DNA of 64,000 nt from Candidatus Uhrbacteria bacterium CG_4_9_14_3_um_filter_41_35 (lineage in GTDB: Bacteria > Patescibacteriota > Patescibacteriia > UBA9934), in the NCBI GenBank assembly GCA_002791275.1, contig PFWT01000009.1, positions 211,357 to 275,356 on the forward strand, in the 5' to 3' direction. Below the pieces are notes generated by a model. That model saw only the letters and a program-made list of their open reading frames with translations. It was not told the DNA's origin and did no database searches. Both the position numbers and the translations under genes were made by a program. Positions 37,041 through 45,585 of the stretch are shown piece after piece (position 1 is the stretch's first letter; each line of letters begins with the position of its first letter).

Positions 37041-37238
37041 ATGACACTAAAGACGCATAAAGCGCTTTCAAAGCGTGTAAAAATTACTAAAGCTGGTAAA
37101 GTTGTAAAGCGAACTGCTGGACAGGACCATTTTAATTCTAGAGAATCTGGAAAGGTACGTCGAAATAAGCGTCGTGACAATGAGATGCCAGGAACCCTAA
37201 CTAAGGCAATCAAGACATTGATGCCACACGCGAAATAA
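37041..37238 (+). CDS. rpmI: 50S ribosomal protein L35
   Basis: 65-aa basic protein located between infC and rplT. Confidence 0.8.
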   Translation: MTLKTHKALSKRVKITKAGKVVKRTAGQDHFNSRESGKVRRNKRRDNEMPGTLTKAIKTLMPHAK

Positions 37239-37242
37239 TTAT

Positions 37243-37590
37243 ATGCCACGAGTAAAACGAGGTACACAACACGTAAAACGCCGAAAAAGCCTACTTTCTA
37301 AAGTAAAAGGCTTCAAATGGGGGCGAAAGAACAAGATCAGACAAGCACGTCCTGCCATGCTAAAAGCTGGAGTATATGCCTACCGAGATCGTCGAAATAA
37401 GAAACGAACTTTCAGACAGCTCTGGAACACTCAGATTGGAGCAGCTGCAAAGCTAAACGGAACTTCTTACTCACGACTAATTAACGCTCTTAAAAACGCA
37501 AACATTAGTCTAAACCGAAGAGTTCTATCTCAGATCGCCGGAGAACACCCAGAGGTTTTCACAAAGATTGTAGAAACTTCAAACAAATAA
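37243..37590 (+). CDS. rplT: 50S ribosomal protein L20
   Basis: MPRVKRGTQHVKRRK...KGFKWGR signature. Confidence 0.9.
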   Translation: MPRVKRGTQHVKRRKSLLSKVKGFKWGRKNKIRQARPAMLKAGVYAYRDRRNKKRTFRQLWNTQIGAAAKLNGTSYSRLINALKNANISLNRRVLSQIAGEHPEVFTKIVETSNK

Positions 37591-37596
37591 ATAAAA

Positions 37597-37622
37597 ATTC
37601 AGCCGAAAGGCTGATTTTTTGT
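37597..37622 (+). terminator. Rho-independent terminator after rplT
   Basis: Hairpin tcagcc-gaaa-ggctga followed by T7. Confidence 0.7.
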
Positions 37623-37731
37623 TGCTTGTCAGAACCTGTTCTTGACAACTAACTCAATTTTTGTTAGGTTAAGTCGTCATGTTCACATGGCTGCATTTAA
37701 CCGGGTGTATATGCACCCAAAATAGGGAGGG

Positions 37732-38652
37732 TTGATGAAAGAAGAAAACGAATCTGGCCAGGAAGGGCCGGAAATCAAGATGCCGGAAGCCTCGGCGCGT
37801 ATCCCGCGCCGAGGTCCCGACAACAAGGCCGACGACGTCGGCGCCATTGACCCTAGCCGAAACGCTAGGGCTAACCACACCATCGCCTCGGCGATGGCGG
37901 TCGCGGTCTTCGTGATCATGTGTATGCTCGCGATTGCGGGCTTGCTCATGTTCGCTGAGCCCCAGAGCGTGGCCGTGGCTCAGGCAACGGCCACCGAGCC
38001 AGCGACCTCGCCGGTCGCTGACGCGTCAGTGGTCACTTCGGTGACCACTGACGCCTTCGCGGTCTCGGAGATCGAGCCCACGGAGGCGAGCGCTCCGCTC
38101 GTCGCTCCGCGGCCTCGGATCGACGTCCTGGCCTCCGGCCCGAACGAGGCCGGGGTCGAGTACCTGAGCGGCGAGAGCTGGGATCAGCTCTCCCGCCAGT
38201 TCACCATCAGCCGGGAGGACTGCGCCAAGCTCTTTGGCGCAGACTTCGTCTGCAAGCCGGTTGTGCTCAGCATGGCCGCCGTTACCGCGGCCTACGCGGT
38301 AACGGGTGAGCAGCCGGTGCTCGGCGTGAACGACTACGTCGTTTTCGCCGAGCCTGACGAGAACGGAACGCACCAAGCAGTGCTCCGTTCTTGTGCGCTC
38401 GCGGCCATCACTGGCCTCGCTGTGGCCGAGGGGCAACAGTGCCCCTCGGCCACGATCACCTGGCGCCATTATGGCCAGCGAGAGGCCATGAACTTGGCCG
38501 AACGCAACAAGGCGGGCGCTAAGTCCGGGCAGACTTCGACAACGCCGAAGTCTGCCCCGGCGCTCAAGGCCTCACCGAACTTCGGTGAGGCCTTGAGCGT
38601 CCACGAGCGCCGGCTCCAGGCGCTCGAGGCCAAGACCTTACAGGGAAGCTAG
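37732..38652 (+). CDS. GC-rich membrane-anchored Ala/Pro/Thr-rich protein (hypothetical)
   Basis: Basic N-terminus, then a TM helix (MAVAVFVIMCMLAIAGLLMF), then an extracytoplasmic domain. GC3-rich codon usage unlike the flanking rpl genes. The antisense ORFs are noise. Confidence 0.45.
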   Translation: MMKEENESGQEGPEIKMPEASARIPRRGPDNKADDVGAIDPSRNARANHTIASAMAVAVFVIMCMLAIAGLLMFAEPQSVAVAQATATEPATSPVADASVVTSVTTDAFAVSEIEPTEASAPLVAPRPRIDVLASGPNEAGVEYLSGESWDQLSRQFTISREDCAKLFGADFVCKPVVLSMAAVTAAYAVTGEQPVLGVNDYVVFAEPDENGTHQAVLRSCALAAITGLAVAEGQQCPSATITWRHYGQREAMNLAERNKAGAKSGQTSTTPKSAPALKASPNFGEALSVHERRLQALEAKTLQGS

Positions 38653-38674
38653 CAACTGCTAGCTTCCCAAATAA

Positions 38675-38709
38675 CCCCGTGTATCGAAAGGTACCGGGGC
38701 GTTTTTTTT
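38675..38709 (+). terminator. Rho-independent terminator after the GC-rich gene (preceded by a second hairpin at 38644-38667)
   Basis: Hairpin ccccgtgta...taccgggg followed by T8. Confidence 0.7.
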
Positions 38710-38793
38710 GACTAGGATTTAGATCTTTGGTACAGTCTTACATCACGATTAACAAAAAAAATCGTGAATGATCTTTCATGAACAGGAGTCAAA

Positions 38794-40089
38794 ATGTCAA
38801 CTATTCCAAAGTTGGTTGCCGGTTTGCGCGATGCCGCTCAAATCATTTTCGAAAACCTCGACACTGATCGCTTCAACATGATTTTTAACGATCTTGAGAG
38901 TTCGGCAGACACGTTTTCGCTAAGTGACCTAAAAACTAAGCTCCAAATCTTGCGAGCACAGATTAAAACCTTTCCTCTAGACAGAGCAACAAAATTAGAG
39001 CTTTCAAATCAGTTGAAATTACTAGCTGGCAAGCTGGCAAGTAGCCACAGTCTCCTTGAGGAACCGCTCAGAATTCAAAATCTGAACAGTTCTCTAGATT
39101 ATGTCGATCCACCATCGCTATCGGCGATTCAAATCAGAAAGAGACCCGATGAATTTGAAAAGCCCACCGAACACGCACCCATTCGTGTTCCCCGTACTTT
39201 AGCTACGGTAGAAATTAATGAAGACTTAGTGGAAGCTGAAGAGCGATGGCATAATACAGACGAAGTAGAAGTCGCCGAATTCTTCGGTGATCTTCCCCCG
39301 CCCTCGGACGAAGAGCGTCTGCTTCCGCCGGGCTTTACCGAGGATCCGAGTAACTCTTCGCAACAAAAAGCGCTCGAAGCACAAACCCTAGGAGCTTATT
39401 TTGCTGAAGGAGACGCTATGAACAGCTCTCCGAAGAAAAGGAATGAAGATCGAGCACGCGACACTACCCGACTACTTTTGAACTTTTCGCTCCTTGGTTT
39501 AGTGGCAATTATCGCCATCTGTACCGTTCGTATGAGCACTTTTCAAGACACTCTTAGCTACATCCGGGCTCAAAAGCTGGTACATCTATCATCAGAACCA
39601 CGGATCTCACTCACTGAGAGTCTGTCTGAAGTGCCAGTTCTGGTGGCTAACGTAGCGGAGCAGTCGCCTATCGAAACTGAAATCGATGAAACTGTGACAG
39701 CGGTCATTGACTTCATTACAGCTATCGAAGAAGAACCGGCAACGCGTGGAGAGGAGCTAACAAAAACCCTCACCACCGTGGTCGTCTATGTACCTCAACC
39801 AGTTGAACAAGTGCCCCTACTTCAGACCGCTGTCTCTGAACCCGGAGCTCCAACTAAGGTTCGTATCAAGCCTTCGAGCGACGATCAGCCAGTTCGGTGT
39901 GATGGTGAATTTGCCTACAGTAACCTCCTTTGGCAAAACGGTCATTGGTGGGGACTGCGCGACGTCGAGTGCAACAATGGCCTCTACACCATCACGGTTG
40001 GCGCGTACAAGGGCGAAACTATCCGATCGTCCTGCCTAAACGCCGAAACAAACGGCACCCCCTGGTGCCGTTTGATCGAGCGCTTTTAA
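38794..40089 (+). CDS. Hypothetical membrane protein (single TM, Cys-containing C-terminal domain)
   Basis: An internal TM helix (LLLNFSLLGLVAIIAICTV). The C-terminus carries 4 Cys (CDGEF...CNNG...C...C). Intermediate GC content. Confidence 0.4.
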   Translation: MSTIPKLVAGLRDAAQIIFENLDTDRFNMIFNDLESSADTFSLSDLKTKLQILRAQIKTFPLDRATKLELSNQLKLLAGKLASSHSLLEEPLRIQNLNSSLDYVDPPSLSAIQIRKRPDEFEKPTEHAPIRVPRTLATVEINEDLVEAEERWHNTDEVEVAEFFGDLPPPSDEERLLPPGFTEDPSNSSQQKALEAQTLGAYFAEGDAMNSSPKKRNEDRARDTTRLLLNFSLLGLVAIIAICTVRMSTFQDTLSYIRAQKLVHLSSEPRISLTESLSEVPVLVANVAEQSPIETEIDETVTAVIDFITAIEEEPATRGEELTKTLTTVVVYVPQPVEQVPLLQTAVSEPGAPTKVRIKPSSDDQPVRCDGEFAYSNLLWQNGHWWGLRDVECNNGLYTITVGAYKGETIRSSCLNAETNGTPWCRLIERF

Positions 40090-40215
40090 GGCCTCACCCC
40101 TTTGCTAGTTTGCTGGCCGAGGGGATTTTTTTATTAACTTAGCGAATTAAGTTATATTCAACCAGCTATTGCACGATTTTTAATAATCTGATACTCTACC
40201 TGCACGAATTACCAA

Positions 40216-40292
40216 GGACCGGTAGTTCAATTGGTTAGAGCACCGCCCTGTCACGGCGGAAGTTGCGAGTTCGAGTCTCGTCCGGTCCGCCA
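40216..40292 (+). tRNA. tRNA-Asp (anticodon GTC), CCA encoded
   Basis: Cloverleaf with acceptor GGACCGG/CCGGTCC, D-arm TAGTTCAATTGGTTAGAGC, anticodon loop cCTGTCAc and T-arm GCGAGTTCGAGTCTCGT, ending GCCA. Confidence 0.9.
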
Positions 40293-40295
40293 GAA

Positions 40296-40327
40296 AAATG
40301 CCTCAGCGAAAGCTGGGGCTTTTTTTG
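40296..40327 (+). terminator. Rho-independent terminator after tRNA-Asp
   Basis: Hairpin gcctcagc-gaaa-gctggggc with a U·G pair, followed by T7. Confidence 0.5.
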
Positions 40328-40377
40328 TTGAGTTAAGAATGAAATTAATTCAAGATTCAAGACCTGACCCCCTAGTT

Positions 40378-40548
40378 TATTTTCTCTGAAATTAAAAATA
40401 TCCAAGATCGCAATAAAATGATTTATTTTGCACGAATAATAGCAGGATATTCAATCACCGACATCTCTCAACATCTTCAACTACACCGCTCAACCGTAAG
40501 TCGAATATTTAATGGAAGTCACAGGTAACGACTTGACCCCTCTACTTT
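40378..40548 (+). repeat. 171-bp direct repeat R, copy 1 (carries the 3' part of a small HTH gene; truncated copy)
   Basis: Near-identical to 43558-43728, with about 5 mismatches. It holds a 36-codon remnant (40418-40528) of the 58-aa HTH ORF found intact in copy 2. Confidence 0.85.
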
Positions 40549-40771
40549 TAGCTCAACTAACTATCTGTTTAAACATTCTAGTGTAGTTTAGTGATAAGAT
40601 CATTGAGTATATATAATTTTCGCGAACTTTCGCAAAACTAATGAACAGTTGGCGTTGTGTAGCCACACTACAAAGAATAGAATGTAGTTATACAGTCTAT
40701 AAAATATCTATCTCAATTTATTTTATATAGATGTTGCCGTTTAACTTTCAATAATTAACTCTTTAAAACAT

Positions 40772-42562
40772 ATGACAAAGATCAGCAAGATTTCATCAAT
40801 CATTCTGGGAGTTGGACTTGTTCTTGGTATCGGTGCGCCAAGCAGTTCGTTTGCGGCAACAGACCCTGGATTAGGTGCGGCCTCGACCTTTTCAATCATC
40901 GCCCAAACAGCAATTACCAGAACTGGAACCATTGCTAATGATGTGGGCTTAAATAGCACAGGTGCTGGTATCACAGCGCTCACGGACCTAATGGTTGGTG
41001 GGACTATCTACTCTTCGGATGGAGTGGCACCGAGTACCGCTACGCTTGATCCGAGTGTTCAAGCTAACCTTATAACGGCTAACGGTAATATTTCAGGACA
41101 AGGTTCGACTGCAAGCATTGGTCCAGCGCTTGATGGTTTAAGTCTTGTTCCTGGCGTTTATGACATCGGAGCTGGTCGTCTAAACGGTGGCGTGCTTACT
41201 CTAGATGGAGCTGGAGTCTATATTTTAAGAGCCTCGAGCGACCTTATTTCCTCTGGTTCAATTAATTTTATAAACGGAGCAACAGCTTGTGATGTTTTCT
41301 GGCAAGTTAATTCCCTGGCAACTATCAATGGTAGTTCGTTTGCTGGAACGATTATTGCAGGAACAGGTGTTCATTTTGGGCCTAACGTCACTTTAGCGGG
41401 TAATGCGCTAGCGCTCGGTGGTGACGTAACTTTAAAAAATACAACAATTTCTGCACCAGTTTGTACCGCTGTAGTGCCGTCAACATCAGATATTTATAAC
41501 ACAATTACAGTTATTAAAAATGTTATCAACGATAATGGCGGAACATCTACTTTTAATGATTTCCTTCTTTACGTTGGTGGAACACACGTAACTAGTGGTC
41601 AAAGTGTTCCTTTTCAAGCGGGTACTTATGCTGTGACTGAAACAGGTGTATCTGGTTATTCAGCAACATATAGCGGTGATTGTAACGCAAGCGGTATGAT
41701 TCTTCACGGTGGAGCTAGTACTCGTAACCACATTTGTTTTATTACAAATGATGATATTGGAGCACCCGTAGCGATCCCACCGGTACCACCACTTATTGAT
41801 ATCATTAAGGTTCCAAGTCCAATCAATCTCCCAAATGGGCCCGGTCTTGTAACTTATTCTTTCGCACTCACTAATATTGGAACCGTGCCGGTTACAGATA
41901 TTACTGTAATTGACGACTCATGCAATCCGTTGTTCATTTCTGGCGATCTGAATAATAATAGTGCCCTGGATCTTACCGAAACCTGGAGATATTCTTGTTC
42001 AAAGACCCTGACTGAAACCTACACCAACACCGTTGTAGCAACAGGTTGGGCAAATGGAATTAACGTTAGCGATGTTGCAGACGCAATTGTTACGGTTGGC
42101 ATTCCAGTTGTGCCACCAATAATTCACGTAACAAAAGTTCCAAGTCCACTTATACTCTCAGCTGGTGGTGGCACAGTTACGTACACTAATAAAGTAACTA
42201 ACCCAGGTATAGTTGCTTTAAGTAATATTTATCTTGCAGACGATAAGTGCGAACCTGTTGAATATATCTCCGGTGATATTAATAACGATTCAAAACTTGA
42301 TGTAACAGAGACCTGGACTTACACTTGCCAAACAAATCTAACTACAACTACTATGAACACAATCACCGCGAGTGGTGATGCTAATGGATTGACTGCCAGA
42401 GACTTTGCTAGGGCAACTGTTGTAGTAAACGCTGCTGTTCCGAAGTTACCAAACACTGGAATAACTTCTGCAAAATCAGGTAGCTATACGGGTCTTGTAA
42501 CCGTAAGTCTTTTGACACTCGCTACCCTATTCTACTTGGGTCGAAAGCAACAGCTAATTTAG
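40772..42562 (+). CDS. LPXTG-anchored surface protein with N-terminal ice-binding-like (DUF3494) β-helix domain and two DUF11-type repeats
   Basis: Signal peptide. The motif GAASTFSIIAQTAITRTGTIANDVGLNSTGAGITAL matches the DUF3494 start (GaAanFaVLAgstvTnTG.s.i.GdlGvsPG). Two roughly 80-aa repeats (KVPSP.NL..G.G.VTY...TN.G.V.......DD.C.P...SGD.N....LD.TETW.Y.C) are present. The C-terminus has LPNTG, a hydrophobic segment and GRKQQ. Confidence 0.7.
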   Translation: MTKISKISSIILGVGLVLGIGAPSSSFAATDPGLGAASTFSIIAQTAITRTGTIANDVGLNSTGAGITALTDLMVGGTIYSSDGVAPSTATLDPSVQANLITANGNISGQGSTASIGPALDGLSLVPGVYDIGAGRLNGGVLTLDGAGVYILRASSDLISSGSINFINGATACDVFWQVNSLATINGSSFAGTIIAGTGVHFGPNVTLAGNALALGGDVTLKNTTISAPVCTAVVPSTSDIYNTITVIKNVINDNGGTSTFNDFLLYVGGTHVTSGQSVPFQAGTYAVTETGVSGYSATYSGDCNASGMILHGGASTRNHICFITNDDIGAPVAIPPVPPLIDIIKVPSPINLPNGPGLVTYSFALTNIGTVPVTDITVIDDSCNPLFISGDLNNNSALDLTETWRYSCSKTLTETYTNTVVATGWANGINVSDVADAIVTVGIPVVPPIIHVTKVPSPLILSAGGGTVTYTNKVTNPGIVALSNIYLADDKCEPVEYISGDINNDSKLDVTETWTYTCQTNLTTTTMNTITASGDANGLTARDFARATVVVNAAVPKLPNTGITSAKSGSYTGLVTVSLLTLATLFYLGRKQQLI

Positions 42563-42636
42563 TTGCGGTATGTAAGAGTCAGTTTATAAATGCCAGGCAT
42601 AATTTTGCCTGGCATTTAGCTAGATTTTGAAAAAAT

Positions 42637-43266
42637 ATGCGATCAATAATTACACCAAAAAAAGCTACATATATATTTTTCCCCTCAGGTATAATTCTTT
42701 CTGTTGCCCTTTTACTAAATATTATTCCCCAGAATTCTGTGAATAATAATATAAATCCGACCATAGAAAATAACGTAGTAATTTCTGATGTGGTGCCGGT
42801 AGTAAAACAGATGATTAGTATTGGCTCACCCGTAAGACTTGAAATCCCAGCAATTAACATTAATACTAATATTATTTCCGTAGGATTAACTCCGACTGGC
42901 GCAGTTGCTGTTCCCGATAATCCATTCGAAGTAGCCTGGTACAATCTCGGATCTAAGCCGGGAGAGACCGGTAGTGCAGTTATTGATGGTCATTACGGCT
43001 GGATTAATAACGAACCAGCTGTATTTGATGATTTGAATAAATTAAAAACAGGTGACGAAATTTTTGTCGAAGATAAAAACGGTAGAATTATTAATTTTAA
43101 AGTCCGCGAAATAGCTATTTTCAAAAAAGATGATGATGCCGTAAACGTATTTTTATCAAACGACGGCAAGGCGCACCTCAATCTAATCACCTGCACCGGT
43201 GATTGGAATAAATCAGAAAAAACTTTTTCCGAGCGACTTGTAATATTCAGTGATGTTGCTGAATAA
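42637..43266 (+). CDS. Sortase (class E/F-like transpeptidase)
   Basis: N-terminal TM anchor, the LEIPAININ motif, catalytic His in GHYGW, active-site LNLITCTG (TLxTC) and a conserved Arg region. Located immediately downstream of the LPXTG substrate gene. Confidence 0.8.
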   Translation: MRSIITPKKATYIFFPSGIILSVALLLNIIPQNSVNNNINPTIENNVVISDVVPVVKQMISIGSPVRLEIPAININTNIISVGLTPTGAVAVPDNPFEVAWYNLGSKPGETGSAVIDGHYGWINNEPAVFDDLNKLKTGDEIFVEDKNGRIINFKVREIAIFKKDDDAVNVFLSNDGKAHLNLITCTGDWNKSEKTFSERLVIFSDVAE

Positions 43267-43531
43267 AAGCTAATTTGAATATCTCCGTTCACATATTACA
43301 TATCCAAAAAAAAAGAGCATTTTTGCATCGGGGTCAAGTCGTTACCTGTGACTTTTTTTGATATAATCAGTTTATGAGCCGAGCCCTCCGATTTTAGACA
43401 AGCTGGATGAGCAATGACCTTTTAGCAACATTGCAGAAGGAACAATATTAGGAAGTCCCCAATTTATTTCTTGGGTTTGGGAAAACTTTAATGAAAAAGA
43501 AGAAATCACTGAAATTAAAAAATCTGACAGG

Positions 43532-43708
43532 ATGATCAGCAGACCGAGTTTGGAAGATATTTTCTCTGAAATTAAAAATATCCAAGATCGCAATAAAATG
43601 ATTTATTTTGCACGAATAATAGCAGGGTATTCAATCACCGATATCTCTCAACATCTTCAACTACACCGCTCAACCGTAAGTCGAATATTTAATAGAAGTC
43701 ACAGGTAA
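43532..43708 (+). CDS. Small HTH-domain protein (58 aa; transposase/recombinase-type or Xis-like helix-turn-helix)
   Basis: MISRPSLEDIFSEIKNIQDRNKMIYFARIIAGYSITDISQHLQLHRSTVSRIFNRSHR. The helix-turn-helix lies in IAGYSITDISQHLQLHRSTVSRI. The gene falls below the ORF-track length cutoff. Confidence 0.4.
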   Translation: MISRPSLEDIFSEIKNIQDRNKMIYFARIIAGYSITDISQHLQLHRSTVSRIFNRSHR

Positions 43709-43728
43709 CGACTTGACCCCTTTACTTT
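43558..43728 (+). repeat. 171-bp direct repeat R, copy 2
   Basis: Near-identical to 40378-40548 and directly abuts the partial tRNA-Asp copy. Confidence 0.85.
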
Positions 43729-43794
43729 ACAATTGGTTAGAGCATTGTTTTGTTATGGTGGAAGTTGCGAGTTCGAGTCTCGTCCGATCCGCCA
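43729..43794 (+). pseudogene. Partial tRNA-Asp copy (D-loop plus T-arm/acceptor 3' half; lacks 5' acceptor and anticodon arm), att-like remnant
   Basis: caattggttagagca...gaagttgcgagttcgagtctcgtccgatccgcca matches the 3' 34 nt of the tRNA-Asp at 40216-40292 with one mismatch. Confidence 0.65.
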
Positions 43795-43846
43795 GGACTA
43801 TTTCTTATAGTGCAACCCGAGTGGCTTGCAAAAGATAGGAACGAGT

Positions 43847-43887
43847 CTAAGCCACAAAATCGCCTTAGGGGCGATTTTGTGGCTTAG
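43847..43887. repeat. Perfect 18-bp inverted repeat (ctaagccacaaaatcgcc-ttagg-ggcgattttgtggcttag)
   Basis: Directly visible, about 50 bp right of the partial tRNA. No flanking T-tract. Confidence 0.7.
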
Positions 43888-43964
43888 GGTAAGTGTAAGT
43901 ACCTTTGGAAGTGAACTGGCTTGTTTTGGTTGTTAAATTATAATCTATCCTCTGATATTTTTTT

Positions 43965-44010
43965 TAATAAAAAAAAGACCCCGTCACCGTCGTTACGGTT
44001 CAGGGGTCTA
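43965..44010 (-). terminator. Rho-independent terminator downstream of the 44027-44704 gene
   Basis: Hairpin gacccc-gtcaccgtcgttacggttca-ggggtc, followed on the reverse strand by T8. Confidence 0.6.
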
Positions 44011-44026
44011 AGCTGTTCAGTCTCGG

Positions 44027-44704
44027 TCAGTAGACCTGGAGCTTCGAAGCTGAAGGCACAAAAATACCTGATAGCAACATTTGTCCATGACCTAGAACAG
44101 CGTAGGTTGAACCGGACCAGTGCTCCCCAAGAATACTCGAGTAGGAGTTGATCCAGTTGTCGTAGGCCGTCGTCTTACCGTCGATCGTGGTCTTGTTCGC
44201 GGTCGGAAAATGGAATCGATGATCACAACCACCCCACTCACAGGCCCCGGTGGACTGCCGGTCCATCCACGTGCCAGACGTACAGCCATAACCGCAGCTT
44301 CCGCCGTAAAGTGAGGTCTGGTAAGCTGGGCTCCAAACAGTGCAAGTGCTCTGACCGGGCAGGCATGACCGGTACAGGTCACCCTCTAACGCATCATAAA
44401 CCACCTGTACGTCAAGATCGAACGGGGCGATACCTTGCTTAATGGCCTCCTCAACCACGACGTTCGCGATATAGGTGTTGTCGACGTCCGCCCCCTGGAG
44501 GCGCATAAGCTCATCCATGAAGGAGCGGAGCTCGTTCGGGTCAAGGTTTCGAACCTCGTCGTTGATATCGACAGCCTCCTCGTCGGTGACCTCGAGCTCG
44601 AGATAGCGCCAGGAGAGATCCAACACATAAGTGTTGTTGCTGGTCTCGATGTTGGATTCGATCTCATCATTAATAGTTGTCTGCACACTGCAAGCGGTCA
44701 CCAA
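44027..44704 (-). CDS. Hypothetical secreted/lipoprotein with GC-rich Cys/Gly/Trp-rich C-terminal half
   Basis: Extending the frame upstream gives KNYLFLSLALLVTAC, a lipobox, but no ATG. The start is therefore uncertain (TTG or GTG). The C-terminus has 8 Cys and many Trp and Gly. The 44100-44400 portion is conspicuously GC-rich. Confidence 0.4.
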   Translation of the reverse strand: MVTACSVQTTINDEIESNIETSNNTYVLDLSWRYLELEVTDEEAVDINDEVRNLDPNELRSFMDELMRLQGADVDNTYIANVVVEEAIKQGIAPFDLDVQVVYDALEGDLYRSCLPGQSTCTVWSPAYQTSLYGGSCGYGCTSGTWMDRQSTGACEWGGCDHRFHFPTANKTTIDGKTTAYDNWINSYSSILGEHWSGSTYAVLGHGQMLLSGIFVPSASKLQVY

Positions 44705-44817
44705 AAGAGCCAGGGAGAGAAAAAGATAGTTTTTATTAAAGAGAGTTTCCTTATTTATTCAAGCACAGTTTATCTATGCGCGGGTAAACATAACAATAAC
44801 TGCTCATCGAGTCAAGC

Positions 44818-45186
44818 TTGAACAGAATATCTTGTGATGATAGTGTGATCATACTAAGAATAAATTATATTAAAAAACAAACATACGCCATTTTTGCGAT
44901 ATTGGGTTCAGCTATTTGGTTATTTAGCGAAATTTTTATCCTTCTAACAATCAATGAGGGAATCGAAGTATCAAACCTAGCCTTAATAGGAATTGTATAT
45001 TTTTTTGGAATGATTTCGTTATATATTGGCGCCCCCTTGAGCTTTCTAGTAGGGAAAATTGTTTCTATATTCGGAGCCAACCCTTACGCGGTTTACCCAA
45101 CTCTTTACCCGCTACTAAATACTCTCTCTGTTTTGATTTTAGTTTTTGTAGGGTTAAAAATCTATAGTCGATACAAAAAATCATAG
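44818..45186 (+). CDS. Hypothetical small membrane protein (3-4 TM)
   Basis: Hydrophobicity only. Confidence 0.35.
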   Translation: MNRISCDDSVIILRINYIKKQTYAIFAILGSAIWLFSEIFILLTINEGIEVSNLALIGIVYFFGMISLYIGAPLSFLVGKIVSIFGANPYAVYPTLYPLLNTLSVLILVFVGLKIYSRYKKS

Positions 45187-45392
45187 AAAGTAATAAAATC
45201 GCCTATATACTAGGTGAGCGAGGTGAGATTGACATAGTAGTTCTATTTACTAGAATTAAAGATGAAGATCCCGTTTGGTACCAGAATTGAATATAATCTT
45301 TAGTTCTTTCTACATTTTTACCGTCCTTTTTTTTCGGATGAGCCCTATTCTTATTCTGATAAAGTCGTTGACTTTCAGGTCTCTTCATTTGC

Positions 45393-45548
45393 TTTTATAG
45401 GAAAACTTTCATATCTGGCTTGTAAAATAGTCGACGTCCGCCAACTCTAGTGCAGCCGATCATTCCGCTTTGAAGCATTTGACTGACTCGTTGCTCGGTT
45501 GTGCCGAACAATTCAGCGACCTCTGACCCCAGTATGTAAAAAAAAGAA
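45393..45548 (-). pseudogene. Excisionase-family (HTH_17/MerR-like) DNA-binding gene with start disrupted at a T8 homopolymer
   Basis: Reverse-strand translation gives LGSEVAELFGTTEQRVSQMLQSGMIGCTRVGGRRLFYKPDMKVFL*, which is an Xis/HTH_17 pattern. The only ATG is out of frame across an 8-T run. With 7 T's it would read MFFFYILGSEVAEL... Confidence 0.4.
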
Positions 45549-45585
45549 CATAATTGTTCTTTTTTTCTGTAAACATTTATTTTGA

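Noticed and set aside
42993-43593. Reverse-strand ORFs 42993..43292 and 43372..43593.
   Set aside because: They are antisense to the sortase gene and to repeat R2 and the HTH gene, with no motifs. Likely spurious.
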